64,000 bases of DNA, from IMG/VR virus record IMGVR_UViG_3300025132_008118. One strand, 5' to 3'. The notes below the pieces were generated by a model. The model saw only the letters and a list, made by a program, of their open reading frames with translations. It did no database searches and had not been told where the DNA came from. Each line of letters opens with the position of its first letter. The first letter of the stretch is position 1. This stretch comes from a virus. This document shows, piece by piece, positions 40,039 to 48,630 of the stretch. The position numbers and the translations under genes are program-made.

Positions 40039-40197
40039 TTATATCACTGTTCCTCTTCGGGAATTCTTCTTCTCCCATATCGATAATGCTTTCTGCACAT
40101 CATTATTGGAAGACGATAAGAGACGCTTAAAGACTTCCCATGTAGGTTTAGGATCTTTAATAGACTTCCATGCTTGCATTCTTTCTTCAGGTGACAT
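40039..40197 (-). CDS. 52-aa early protein (not in ORF track)
   Basis: MSPEERMQAWK...RRGTVI*; GGAAC promoter. Confidence 0.6.
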   Translation of the reverse strand: MSPEERMQAWKSIKDPKPTWEVFKRLLSSSNNDVQKALSIWEKKNSRRGTVI

Positions 40198-40223
40198 GCT
40201 ATAATTATAGCACTGTTCCTATT

Positions 40224-40394
40224 TTATTTTCCGGAAGGAACGCTCTTCCAAGTCACTACAAACCATAACCACCCTGCAAAGTTATTCAAAACTGTATCAC
40301 CGTACTCAGCTTTGATATCTTCATCAACTTCTGCTCTGTGCCAAGGCTTTAATTCGAAATCTGTAATGTCAATATTATAATGAAGTATGTTCAT
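40224..40394 (-). CDS. 56-aa protein (not in ORF track)
   Basis: MNILHYNIDITDFELKPWH...SGK*. Confidence 0.5.
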   Translation of the reverse strand: MNILHYNIDITDFELKPWHRAEVDEDIKAEYGDTVLNNFAGWLWFVVTWKSVPSGK

Positions 40395-40574
40395 TAAAAA
40401 TATTTATAACATTACCAGGATATCCTACCGTTATATTGAGGTAAAGATCGAGTTGGACGATCGTAAGGGTTATATTTCTTCCTTTCTGGTACCTCGTTAA
40501 AATTAGGAGCATAGTTACCTTTAGCAATACTCCTCATTCGTCTAGATACTACTTCACATTTATTTGCTTTCATA

Positions 40575-40982
40575 TTATATTTTTAAATTTGTAAAACCTT
40601 CATCGCGATCAACATTGATTGCATATGCAGTATCATCTTTATCATTGCCTGGCTTACGATCGTTAATTATATATCTAGGACCACACCCACAGCTCATAAC
40701 TAATTGGTCATATCCTATTCCCGCTTTTTTGAGAGCCCTTTCAGTTTCATATCTAAACATTTCTCTTCTTCCGGTAGTCAATATAATTTTGCATCCTTTC
40801 GTTTCCCATTCCCATAACTTCTCTCTAACACCTGGAAGCAGTTTCATCTTTTCAGTACCATTTGCAATACTTTTATACTCTTCGGGAGTGTGAGGAAAAC
40901 CTACTAAAGTACCGTCAATGTCTAAAAACATCGTCGGGGGTGATGCAAACTCACCGTTATCTATTTTATTGTTTATTTCCAT
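40575..40982 (-). CDS. HAD-superfamily phosphatase
   Basis: MFLDIDGTL motif I, ILTTGR motif II, IINDRK motif. Confidence 0.82.
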   Translation of the reverse strand: MEINNKIDNGEFASPPTMFLDIDGTLVGFPHTPEEYKSIANGTEKMKLLPGVREKLWEWETKGCKIILTTGRREMFRYETERALKKAGIGYDQLVMSCGCGPRYIINDRKPGNDKDDTAYAINVDRDEGFTNLKI

Positions 40983-41004
40983 ACATATATTATATCATAG
41001 TTCC

Positions 41005-41238
41005 TCAAAAGAACGTAGTAGATATAATAACGCCTGTACCGCACCCTAAACTACAACCTATACTATATTGCATTTTTTCTTTAAATGATCCATTTGCTAC
41101 GCTAGTAACATTATAGCACCAAACAATACCTATAAGGAAAGAAAATATAATGCTGTATAATATCTTACCAGTAGCAATATTGTAAGTATTCATACTCAAT
41201 AATAATAATTGCAAATAAGAGTAAAGTAAAATTTTCAT
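41005..41238 (-). CDS. Small multi-TM protein
   Basis: 77 aa with three hydrophobic stretches. Confidence 0.55.
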   Translation of the reverse strand: MKILLYSYLQLLLLSMNTYNIATGKILYSIIFSFLIGIVWCYNVTSVANGSFKEKMQYSIGCSLGCGTGVIISTTFF

Positions 41239-41246
41239 AGTTTAAA

Positions 41247-41323
41247 TGGTAACGGCGGAGGGGTTCGAACCCCCGGCCCTCGGTTTAGAAAACCGATGCT
41301 CTATCCAGCTGAGCTACGCCGTC
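41247..41323 (-). tRNA. tRNA-Arg(TCT)
   Basis: GACGGCGTAGCTCAGCTGGATAGAGC-TCGGT TT TCT AA ACCGA-GGTTCGAACCC...ACCA. Confidence 0.92.
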
Positions 41324-41332
41324 ATAATATTG

Positions 41333-41512
41333 TTATAATTTTCTAAATTCTTTTCCCCATCTAGCTCCTCGAGTCCATAGATTAAATATTTCATCATTTG
41401 TGTATCGAATCTCTTGAGTTGTCTTGCGTATTTCTTTAATATCGACGGGTTTAGAAGTAGATGCACATCCTGATAGGAATATTAAACTGCAGAGTAAAAA
41501 GATTTTTATCAT
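41333..41512 (-). CDS. 59-aa lipoprotein (not in ORF track)
   Basis: MIKIFLLCSLIFLSG-C lipobox; GGAAC promoter. Confidence 0.7.
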   Translation of the reverse strand: MIKIFLLCSLIFLSGCASTSKPVDIKEIRKTTQEIRYTNDEIFNLWTRGARWGKEFRKL

Positions 41513-41536
41513 AGTATAATTATATCACAGTTCCTA

Positions 41537-41611
<75 letters not shown>

Positions 41612-41614
41612 TGT

Positions 41615-41926
41615 TTAAGGAATAGTTATAAACTTAACGAAGTCGATAAAGTCTTTACTATACTTTGTTAGATATTTTTTTATACGGCTCTTTGGTATTA
41701 ACATCTTTATAAATTCATCATAATGCAAATCCATCCATTCTTGAACTGCATATTCCCAATTTATATCTCTACCTTTTCCGGATTCAATCCATTTATGGGT
41801 TCTAATCTCATCTTTAATTAGGCGGCTAATGTTAAAATGTAATTTATTATGGACGTGTTCATCATAACGTACATAGTCTTCTGATTGAAGTAAGTATTCA
41901 ATTACAGTTTTGGTTTGCTTGTCCAT
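41615..41926 (-). CDS. DUF4032-like (HKWIES motif) protein, paralog 1
   Basis: EIRTHKWIESGKGRDINWEYAVQEW. Confidence 0.6.
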   Translation of the reverse strand: MDKQTKTVIEYLLQSEDYVRYDEHVHNKLHFNISRLIKDEIRTHKWIESGKGRDINWEYAVQEWMDLHYDEFIKMLIPKSRIKKYLTKYSKDFIDFVKFITIP

Positions 41927-41950
41927 ATAATAATTTATTACTTAAACTAA

Positions 41951-42070
41951 TTATTTCAACAAAAAAAGTAAAAGACCTGCTACTATAATTTGTATAGAAA
42001 ATATAGTTATAATTATCTTATCAACTTTTGTTAGTTGATTACTCTGTTTACTATTCATTGATCGTTTCAT
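41951..42070 (-). CDS. Small TM peptide
   Basis: Start revised to 42070 because the longer frame runs through tRNA-Leu. Confidence 0.45.
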   Translation of the reverse strand: MKRSMNSKQSNQLTKVDKIIITIFSIQIIVAGLLLFLLK

Positions 42071-42082
42071 AATTATATTAAA

Positions 42083-42169
42083 TGGTACCGAAGGCCGGAC
42101 TCGAACCAGCACGCTCTTCCGAGCAACAGATTTTAAGTCTGCAGTGTCTACCCATTCCACCACTCCGGC
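42083..42169 (-). tRNA. tRNA-Leu(TAA)
   Basis: GCCGGAGTGGTGGAATGGGTAGAC-CAGA CT TAA AA TCTG, long variable arm, GGTTCGAGTCC...ACCA. Confidence 0.93.
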
Positions 42170-42381
42170 TTAGAATAAAATTTAGGAGGCTCAACATTTT
42201 CAACAATTAATTCTCTTTCCTCTTTTTTCTTATCAGGAAATAATTTACTATTCCAAAACGCATTGATTAATACATTTGTAAGGACTCCAAAAAAGACTCC
42301 ATATGATACGTTTATTATACCTGCTATAATTATAGTCGGAATTAATAACAAGATTATTCTTCTTTTGATTTTTTCTTTCAT
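42148..42381 (-). CDS. Small membrane protein
   Basis: 77 aa, hydrophobic N-terminal half; last codons overlap the 5' end of tRNA-Leu. Confidence 0.5.
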   Translation of the reverse strand: MKEKIKRRIILLLIPTIIIAGIINVSYGVFFGVLTNVLINAFWNSKLFPDKKKEERELIVENVEPPKFYSKPEWWNG

Positions 42382-42398
42382 TATGATTAAATATTTCT

Positions 42399-42656
42399 AT
42401 GAGCTTATCAGTTAATATATCTTCCGAAAAAACAGTTACAACAGTACCAGCTGAAACAGTTACAATACCAGCAGGTGATCTTAAGATTCTTCGTATCGTA
42501 GATTTACCACAACAAAAGAAAGTATTTGTTATGACAGATGAGCTAGGTAAAATCGAATTAGATGAGCTTAGCGGTGATAATTATGATAATCCTGCTGAAT
42601 GGACTAATGCTAGTCTCAAAACTGCAGTATCAAATTACATTGCAGCTCTTAGTTAA
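42399..42656 (+). CDS. Hypothetical late protein
   Basis: TAAATA-N5-ATG; 85 aa. Confidence 0.7.
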   Translation: MSLSVNISSEKTVTTVPAETVTIPAGDLKILRIVDLPQQKKVFVMTDELGKIELDELSGDNYDNPAEWTNASLKTAVSNYIAALS

Positions 42657-42822
42657 TTATTTTCCTTTCTATTATTTTTAATAGCTTGGTCAATCTTTTG
42701 AGTTACCTTATGACCGACATGTTCGTTATATACTAATGGTCCAAATGAACGTCCCATTCGTTTAGTATGTGTAGGGTTTGGAGCTCTTAAATCTACTCCT
42801 GGTTTTGCTCTTTTACTCATAA

Positions 42823-43023
42823 TTATTCGTTTAGTAGGGTTACAATATCATCTTCATTAACGTAAGTCATATTTTGACCACCGTTACCTTCTGATACTAA
42901 ATATTGTCTTTTGCCATTCATTACGCGTAGCTCTTCAACAGTACCATTACCATGCATTTCATTTTGCTGGCCAGGAAAGCGAACTTTGTACGTAATATAT
43001 TCTCCTTGTTTATATTCTTTCAT
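42823..43023 (-). CDS. Hypothetical protein
   Basis: 66-aa ORF. Confidence 0.6.
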   Translation of the reverse strand: MKEYKQGEYITYKVRFPGQQNEMHGNGTVEELRVMNGKRQYLVSEGNGGQNMTYVNEDDIVTLLNE

Positions 43024-43030
43024 ATTATTA

Positions 43031-43315
43031 TTATAGCTTATTTGGTTTAGATTTCAAGCGCATTTCAAATAATTCATCGGCTCTTTTGTAACCTTTTTTG
43101 ATAGCTTCTTCAGCTGTATCAATATCTGAAAATATTTCAGAGGAACTCATATACAATGTAAACTTTTTAGGGTCTCGATTATTCTTTTTATCCATTTCAG
43201 TCGACTGCAATCGAATAGTCATATAGAACGTCTTGTAATCTAGACACTTCCATACTTCATATTCCCCTTGCTTGATAAACTTTTTTCTTTTTGGATCTTG
43301 ACTTAACTTTGCCAC
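43031..43315 (-). CDS. Hypothetical early protein (GTG start)
   Basis: 94 aa; GGAAC promoter. Confidence 0.7.
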   Translation of the reverse strand: MAKLSQDPKRKKFIKQGEYEVWKCLDYKTFYMTIRLQSTEMDKKNNRDPKKFTLYMSSSEIFSDIDTAEEAIKKGYKRADELFEMRLKSKPNKL

Positions 43316-43651
43316 ATCTATATTATATCAAAGTTCCTTTTATATTTTACCTAAAGGGATTAAACATATAATATTACTATCTTTGTTAAATGTGTAATAG
43401 TAATTATTACCCTCAGATTTTAATTCTGGAGTAGAGTTATATACTTTTGAATAATTTTTAATAAAAAACTTATTTAGCTTCGCTTTTACTATCGGGTCCA
43501 TTGCTTCCAAATCTATCTATATTCTCTATGATATAATTTACTCCGGAAAGAGCTTCTTCTTTTTCGTTATTTTCGAGTTGTTTTTTTATTACTTTTAATT
43601 TCAATAATATTGTTGTTGTCATATGTTCTGTTATTTTCATAATAAGAAAGG

Positions 43652-43677
43652 AAAAGGGTCTCGCTTTCGCGAGACCC
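43652..43677 (-). terminator. Intrinsic terminator with GAAA tetraloop
   Basis: GGGTCTCGC-GAAA-GCGAGACCC-TTTT on the minus strand. Confidence 0.8.
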
Positions 43678-43690
43678 AGGTTTTAAATTA

Positions 43691-43885
43691 TTAGCTACCC
43701 ACCGTTAGGTGGTCCATTAAGATATAAGATATCTCAACCTCAAAGTCTTTTTGATCTTTAGCACTTACCTGGCTAATAAATACTGGCTGAACACCAGATA
43801 TATCACCAACTGTATCATATGCTTGTATCAATCCGTCTTCTTCTTGTACGAAAGTAAAACCTTGAGTTACTTCTTTGAATTTCAT
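43691..43885 (-). CDS. Hypothetical protein
   Basis: 64 aa; TAAATA-N5-ATG. Confidence 0.6.
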   Translation of the reverse strand: MKFKEVTQGFTFVQEEDGLIQAYDTVGDISGVQPVFISQVSAKDQKDFEVEISYILMDHLTVGS

Positions 43886-43906
43886 AATTATATTTATTTC
43901 AATTGG

Positions 43907-44908
43907 TTACTGATTTACCAGAGAAAGAAGCTTTGTACCTCTCTCAATCGTACGATTAGCAAGATCGTCGTTATTAATAACAGTCCAGAAACTTTGCTTA
44001 TTCATACGACCTAAACCAAACTCAGATGATACATATTGGTTAAGACGATTCTTACCTTTACCACGGGTACTGTTATGCGTATAGTAGTCAGTTACTGCAG
44101 AGAATGCATCTGCGTAGTTCTCACCTCGGTTACCAGCACCTCGCTTAAACAATGTATTCAAGCTATCTACCGTATTTAAACAGCGTGTACTAAGTCCTTC
44201 CTTAGGGTTATTACGCATCAAAAATCCAGTAAACAAAGACTGAGCTTTCTTATCAGTAATCTTTTTCTTTAGTAACCCGGTAAACTTCTCACGGAAGTCT
44301 GCTTGAGTACCTAAGAAGTCATCTACTACATTAGATAAATCAGCAAGTTTTAGTTCAATATCACCTCTATGAACAGCACTACCAACCATAGCAGACTTAT
44401 CATTTAAGTTATATGTAAATGTATTATCACATACAGTACATGTATTGGTATTATTAATCCAAAGCTTTGAAGTTTGATCATGAGCATTACCAAAGTTAAG
44501 ATAGTCTTTAAACTCTCTATCTCCTACTTTATAATTACTCTTACCATCCAAGCTTACAGTTACGAATACTTTACCTCGATTGCAAACTGAACCAATCGAT
44601 TCAATTTTAGCTTTAGGTAGCTTATTCATAGCATCACTAACAAGATCTAAAAACTTCTCGTTACTAATAGCTTTATAAGAAGGAGTCATAGGACGTCCGA
44701 TGATTTTATCATCATCTGAACCAACTAAGATTCCATATCCTGTCTCTTGTTCATTACCATCTACATCAACGTATGTAAGAGGCTTGCGCTCTACATCCCA
44801 TTTAGTCAAGACGTTATCACTAACGTCGATTTTATCAACGACATCGGTTAAACCGTGCCATGCTTGGCTCAAGCCTACTTGAGCATCTCTTTCTGTTATA
44901 TTATGCAT
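43907..44908 (-). CDS. DUF932/DUF945-family phage protein
   Basis: AWHGL..V, IESIGSVCNRGKVFV, YLNFGNAHD, VCDNT, H-x-G motifs. Confidence 0.8.
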   Translation of the reverse strand: MHNITERDAQVGLSQAWHGLTDVVDKIDVSDNVLTKWDVERKPLTYVDVDGNEQETGYGILVGSDDDKIIGRPMTPSYKAISNEKFLDLVSDAMNKLPKAKIESIGSVCNRGKVFVTVSLDGKSNYKVGDREFKDYLNFGNAHDQTSKLWINNTNTCTVCDNTFTYNLNDKSAMVGSAVHRGDIELKLADLSNVVDDFLGTQADFREKFTGLLKKKITDKKAQSLFTGFLMRNNPKEGLSTRCLNTVDSLNTLFKRGAGNRGENYADAFSAVTDYYTHNSTRGKGKNRLNQYVSSEFGLGRMNKQSFWTVINNDDLANRTIERGTKLLSLVNQ

Positions 44909-44970
44909 TTTTTATTACACTTTATTGTTACTTTTCATAAAACTTATACTATTATTTTATCACTGTTCCT

Positions 44971-45207
44971 TTAAATTTCAAGGAGTATTTCCTTAGAATA
45001 TAATTCAGTTATGAATTTATTTATATCTTTTGCAGAATAGTATATATTATTATAGCAAAAATCTACTAATTCATGTTCTAAATCCGGAAACATTTCTTTA
45101 TGTTTATCTTTTATTTCATCTAAAAGCTCTTGAAAAATCTTTTCTTGCTTTTCTTGCAAGAGAATTATATGATACCTTGCATCTATTAGATTTTCTTCAG
45201 TTAGCAT
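44971..45207 (-). CDS. Hypothetical early protein
   Basis: 78 aa; GGAAC promoter. Confidence 0.65.
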   Translation of the reverse strand: MLTEENLIDARYHIILLQEKQEKIFQELLDEIKDKHKEMFPDLEHELVDFCYNNIYYSAKDINKFITELYSKEILLEI

Positions 45208-45241
45208 ATAGTAATTATATTATAGTTCCTTAAATAATATT

Positions 45242-46441
45242 ATGCCCGGGTTAACAATTAATAATGGTAATGGTAATATTACAAAAGTAGTTATTGATAC
45301 AACTTCTACAAATAAATTAGGCGGTGTTATAAATGCAAATAAAATAGCTTCTATAGAGGAAATAACTGTTAATAGTAGCGGTATAACTCAATTTACTGGA
45401 GGAGATAATTTAAAAAAGGTAATATTAACTGAAAATAATATTCCTAACTTTTCAGCTATTTTACCCGGTATATCTTCTTTTGACTCTCTTACACAATTTA
45501 CGCTATCTGGAGATAATGTCACTACCGGAAGCGTACCTTCTTTAGATAATAACACACAATTAGAAATATTAGATTTAAACAATAATAACTTAACTGGTTC
45601 GGTACCAGCTATTAGTTCTTTGCCAGCTTTAAAGGTTGCTGATTTTAGTCAAAATTCATTTACAGGAAATATTCCATTATTGAGTGCTAACCATGAACTT
45701 GAAACTTTTTTAGTTTCAACTGAGTTTTCAAGAAACTCTAATAATTTAGCTGGTCCTCTACCATTATTATCTAGTACAAAACTAGTAAATTTCGCCATAA
45801 CTCAGCATAATGTAACAGGTGAAGTACATGATTTTCATGATACACCTTTATTAGAAAATTATTTTGCATTTCAATGTGGGTTATCCGGTAACTTACCAGC
45901 ATTTAGTGCTGCTCCTAATTTAAAAAAAATCGGTTGGAATGACAATTTATTTACTGGCTCGGTACCATATTTAAATAATCTTACTTCTTTGGTAGTGTTA
46001 AACTTAAACAATAATGGTCTATCTGGACAATTTTCTGAAATTACCAATCTATCAGCTTTAGAAAGATTAAGATTTAATAAAAATGATAAAAATACTAACG
46101 CTGGGTTTATAGGAGATATTCCAGATTTATCTGGTTGCCAAAATCTAATTACATTAGATATTGCAGAAAATGGATTATCTGGTTATGCTGGTACCGTATG
46201 GCCATCAGTCCAATTCGAAAATATACAATGTCAAAAAAATGATTTAACTACAGCCGCGGTGGATACTTTATTATCTGCTTTATGTGCAACTGGATTAGAT
46301 GGTAGTATACCTGGAGGTGGTGCACGACAAGCAAACTTTGGTGGAACCGGAGGTGCTGGAGAAAATAGCTCCCCAACTGGAGGTGCTTCAAACCCTCAAA
46401 AAGTTCATCTTGAAGGTAGGGGTTGGAATGTTATTATCTAG
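45242..46441 (+). CDS. Leucine-rich-repeat protein with plant-specific-type LxxLxLxxNxLtGxiP repeats
   Basis: LEILDLNNNNLTGSVP, LVVLNLNNNGLSGQF, LITLDIAENGLSG; late promoter. Confidence 0.8.
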   Translation: MPGLTINNGNGNITKVVIDTTSTNKLGGVINANKIASIEEITVNSSGITQFTGGDNLKKVILTENNIPNFSAILPGISSFDSLTQFTLSGDNVTTGSVPSLDNNTQLEILDLNNNNLTGSVPAISSLPALKVADFSQNSFTGNIPLLSANHELETFLVSTEFSRNSNNLAGPLPLLSSTKLVNFAITQHNVTGEVHDFHDTPLLENYFAFQCGLSGNLPAFSAAPNLKKIGWNDNLFTGSVPYLNNLTSLVVLNLNNNGLSGQFSEITNLSALERLRFNKNDKNTNAGFIGDIPDLSGCQNLITLDIAENGLSGYAGTVWPSVQFENIQCQKNDLTTAAVDTLLSALCATGLDGSIPGGGARQANFGGTGGAGENSSPTGGASNPQKVHLEGRGWNVII

Positions 46442-46466
46442 TATAAAATTTAATAAATAATACTAT

Positions 46467-46799
46467 ATGGCTATAAGATATAATAGTTCAATTACAAATT
46501 CTAGAATTAAACCCCCAGGCGTTAAGCAAACTCTATCTTTAGATAGTATACGAAGAAATACTAGAGACCGAAATAACAAATCAATTAAACTTCGACAGAA
46601 AGTTTTCACGATTTACGGTGGACCTAAAACACCTGAAATTGTTAGTAGTTTATTATGGGATTTTAATGAACCAGGCGGTACTGAAGTTGTAAATTATACA
46701 TTTAACTTCTCTGGTAGTATTAGTGTATTAGATTTTGGAGATGGTACGAGTCAAGATAGTGTGACCAGTGGTCAAACTATTACTAAATCATATAGTTAG
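46467..46799 (+). CDS. Small late protein with PKD-like C-terminus
   Basis: VLDFGDGTSQ motif; TAAATA-N7-ATG. Confidence 0.55.
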   Translation: MAIRYNSSITNSRIKPPGVKQTLSLDSIRRNTRDRNNKSIKLRQKVFTIYGGPKTPEIVSSLLWDFNEPGGTEVVNYTFNFSGSISVLDFGDGTSQDSVTSGQTITKSYS

Positions 46800-46832
46800 G
46801 CAGTTTTACGACTTGCCTAGGTCATCATGAAC

Positions 46833-47738
46833 CTAAATTAACTTATAGATAGCGTCCTTACCTTTACCATACTTCACCATCTTACTATTATTAACTAAGT
46901 CTCTAAGTAAGTAACTAGCTCTCATATAATCTATACCTAAGGTACCCATTACCCTGTCGCAATTTATTAGAGGCGGCTCTTTCATATCTAAAATTTTCTC
47001 AAGCTCTTCTTTCTTCTTACTCTTCTTACTCTTAGCTTTAGTTTCAGTCTCAACTACTACAGGGGTATTGAAATCGTAACCATGAGCTCCGATAAATAGA
47101 GTTAACTCATTTAAAGGACCAAAACGATTCTTAGTAAAGAATATCTTACGAGCATTATCATCAATATCACCTTCAATAGTAATATTCATATTAACATCAA
47201 CGGTATGAGGTACAATAGTACCACCCTTTAGCTTACCATCTTTAGTAAGATGCATAATAAAGAATACAGTACACTCTTTATCTTTAGCAGCTCTAGTAAG
47301 CTTACTCACAGCATACTTTTCAAGAGCTCTACTATTCATCTTCTTCTTAGTAGTTAAAGCCTGAAAGCTATCTACTACAAGAGCATCTAAATCATCCATC
47401 GCATCGACAAGTTCATCGATATCGGTCATATTAGCAACTGCTACCTTTCTAACACCAATACGGTCGCAAGTGAAAGCTAACTGATAAGTATTTTCTTCAC
47501 CTGAAGAGTAACCAACGTTATAACCGTTCTTACTCAATCCTTCTAACAACTGAAGAAGGAGAGTAGTCTTACCGCAACCAGCGGAAGCACACATCGTTAC
47601 TGAACTACCAGGAAGTATACCTTCACCGAATAGTTCATCCATTACTAAAATACCGCTTTTATATCTGCGGTAGAAGATATCGGGTATCTCGATATCACTT
47701 ACTGTCTTGAAGTTTGTATTTGTATAATTTAGGTTCAT
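46833..47738 (-). CDS. RadA/Sms-like RecA-fold ATPase
   Basis: GEGILPGS, Walker A ASAGCGKTT, Walker B LVVDSFQ, HLTKDG..G....HTVD, KNRFG. Confidence 0.85.
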   Translation of the reverse strand: MNLNYTNTNFKTVSDIEIPDIFYRRYKSGILVMDELFGEGILPGSSVTMCASAGCGKTTLLLQLLEGLSKNGYNVGYSSGEENTYQLAFTCDRIGVRKVAVANMTDIDELVDAMDDLDALVVDSFQALTTKKKMNSRALEKYAVSKLTRAAKDKECTVFFIMHLTKDGKLKGGTIVPHTVDVNMNITIEGDIDDNARKIFFTKNRFGPLNELTLFIGAHGYDFNTPVVVETETKAKSKKSKKKEELEKILDMKEPPLINCDRVMGTLGIDYMRASYLLRDLVNNSKMVKYGKGKDAIYKLI

Positions 47739-47750
47739 GCTATTATTATA

Positions 47751-47927
47751 TCACTGTTCCTTATTTGAGTACCATATCTCAAATAGAGTAGACATTTGTG
47801 TAGGGAAAATCTTTGCTGTTTCTACAATTGCAAAGTATGCAGCGTACACTCCGGCAACTATACATATAGGAATTATTCCAAAGACTATAGCTGCAGCTGC
47901 ACCTAGTTCATATAGATATTTTCTCAT
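47751..47927 (-). CDS. 58-aa TM early protein (not in ORF track)
   Basis: MRKYLYELGAAAAIVFGIIPICIVAGVYAAYFAIV...; GGAAC promoter. Confidence 0.65.
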   Translation of the reverse strand: MRKYLYELGAAAAIVFGIIPICIVAGVYAAYFAIVETAKIFPTQMSTLFEIWYSNKEQ

Positions 47928-47930
47928 TCT

Positions 47931-48347
47931 TTAATTATATGACTGTTCCGCTTGTTTAACTACTTCTTCTAAATTATTATTGTATCTCTTTGAATAGCAA
48001 TCACTTAAAAAACTTAGCTTACCCGAACGAGCAGAATCTTCTAATGAGGGGTCATTTTTATAAGCCATATAACTAGTTACTAGATATTGTCTATAACCTT
48101 CCGGAGCAGTATTATACTCTCCGTTTTCGTCTCTATTATTTTCTTCCGGCTTGTTACCTTTCTTAATATAAGTAGCTTTAAATACACTATAGTTATTGCG
48201 ATATTTATTTTCAATTAATCTAGCTAATTGCTTATGATACATCCTTACCTTCTCTTTAGTTTGCGTACAGGTGACAACTATTGAAGAAGAAAATGACTTA
48301 GTGCAGTCGATAAACTCATAATTAAATTGTTTTTTCTTTCGAGCCAT
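47931..48347 (-). CDS. Hypothetical early protein
   Basis: 138 aa; GGAAC promoter. Confidence 0.7.
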   Translation of the reverse strand: MARKKKQFNYEFIDCTKSFSSSIVVTCTQTKEKVRMYHKQLARLIENKYRNNYSVFKATYIKKGNKPEENNRDENGEYNTAPEGYRQYLVTSYMAYKNDPSLEDSARSGKLSFLSDCYSKRYNNNLEEVVKQAEQSYN

Positions 48348-48379
48348 ATATTATTATATCACAGTTCCTAAATAATTAT

Positions 48380-48622
48380 ATGGAAGATGATATATTTTTT
48401 GATGTAAAAACTAGATTAGATGAATTTACTGATATATTATATATCGACTATGAGAGAGAAAGTGTTCTCTTAGAGGTACGTAAAGATTATTTGGACGAAA
48501 TTGTTAAAATTCTCAAAAATAATTGGTTATCCTTAGAAATTATTTTTCAAAAAGAAATAGAAAAAAATATATTAACCGTTCTTGCATGCGTACCACATAT
48601 AATAGATGTGTATGATGAATAA
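48380..48622 (+). CDS. Hypothetical late protein
   Basis: TAAATA-N5-ATG. Confidence 0.6.
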   Translation: MEDDIFFDVKTRLDEFTDILYIDYERESVLLEVRKDYLDEIVKILKNNWLSLEIIFQKEIEKNILTVLACVPHIIDVYDE

Positions 48623-48630
48623 ATAATAAT

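Noticed and set aside
41951-42163. 70-aa ORF as given in the track
   Set aside because: Its N-terminal half is the tRNA-Leu sequence; only 41951-42070 is retained.
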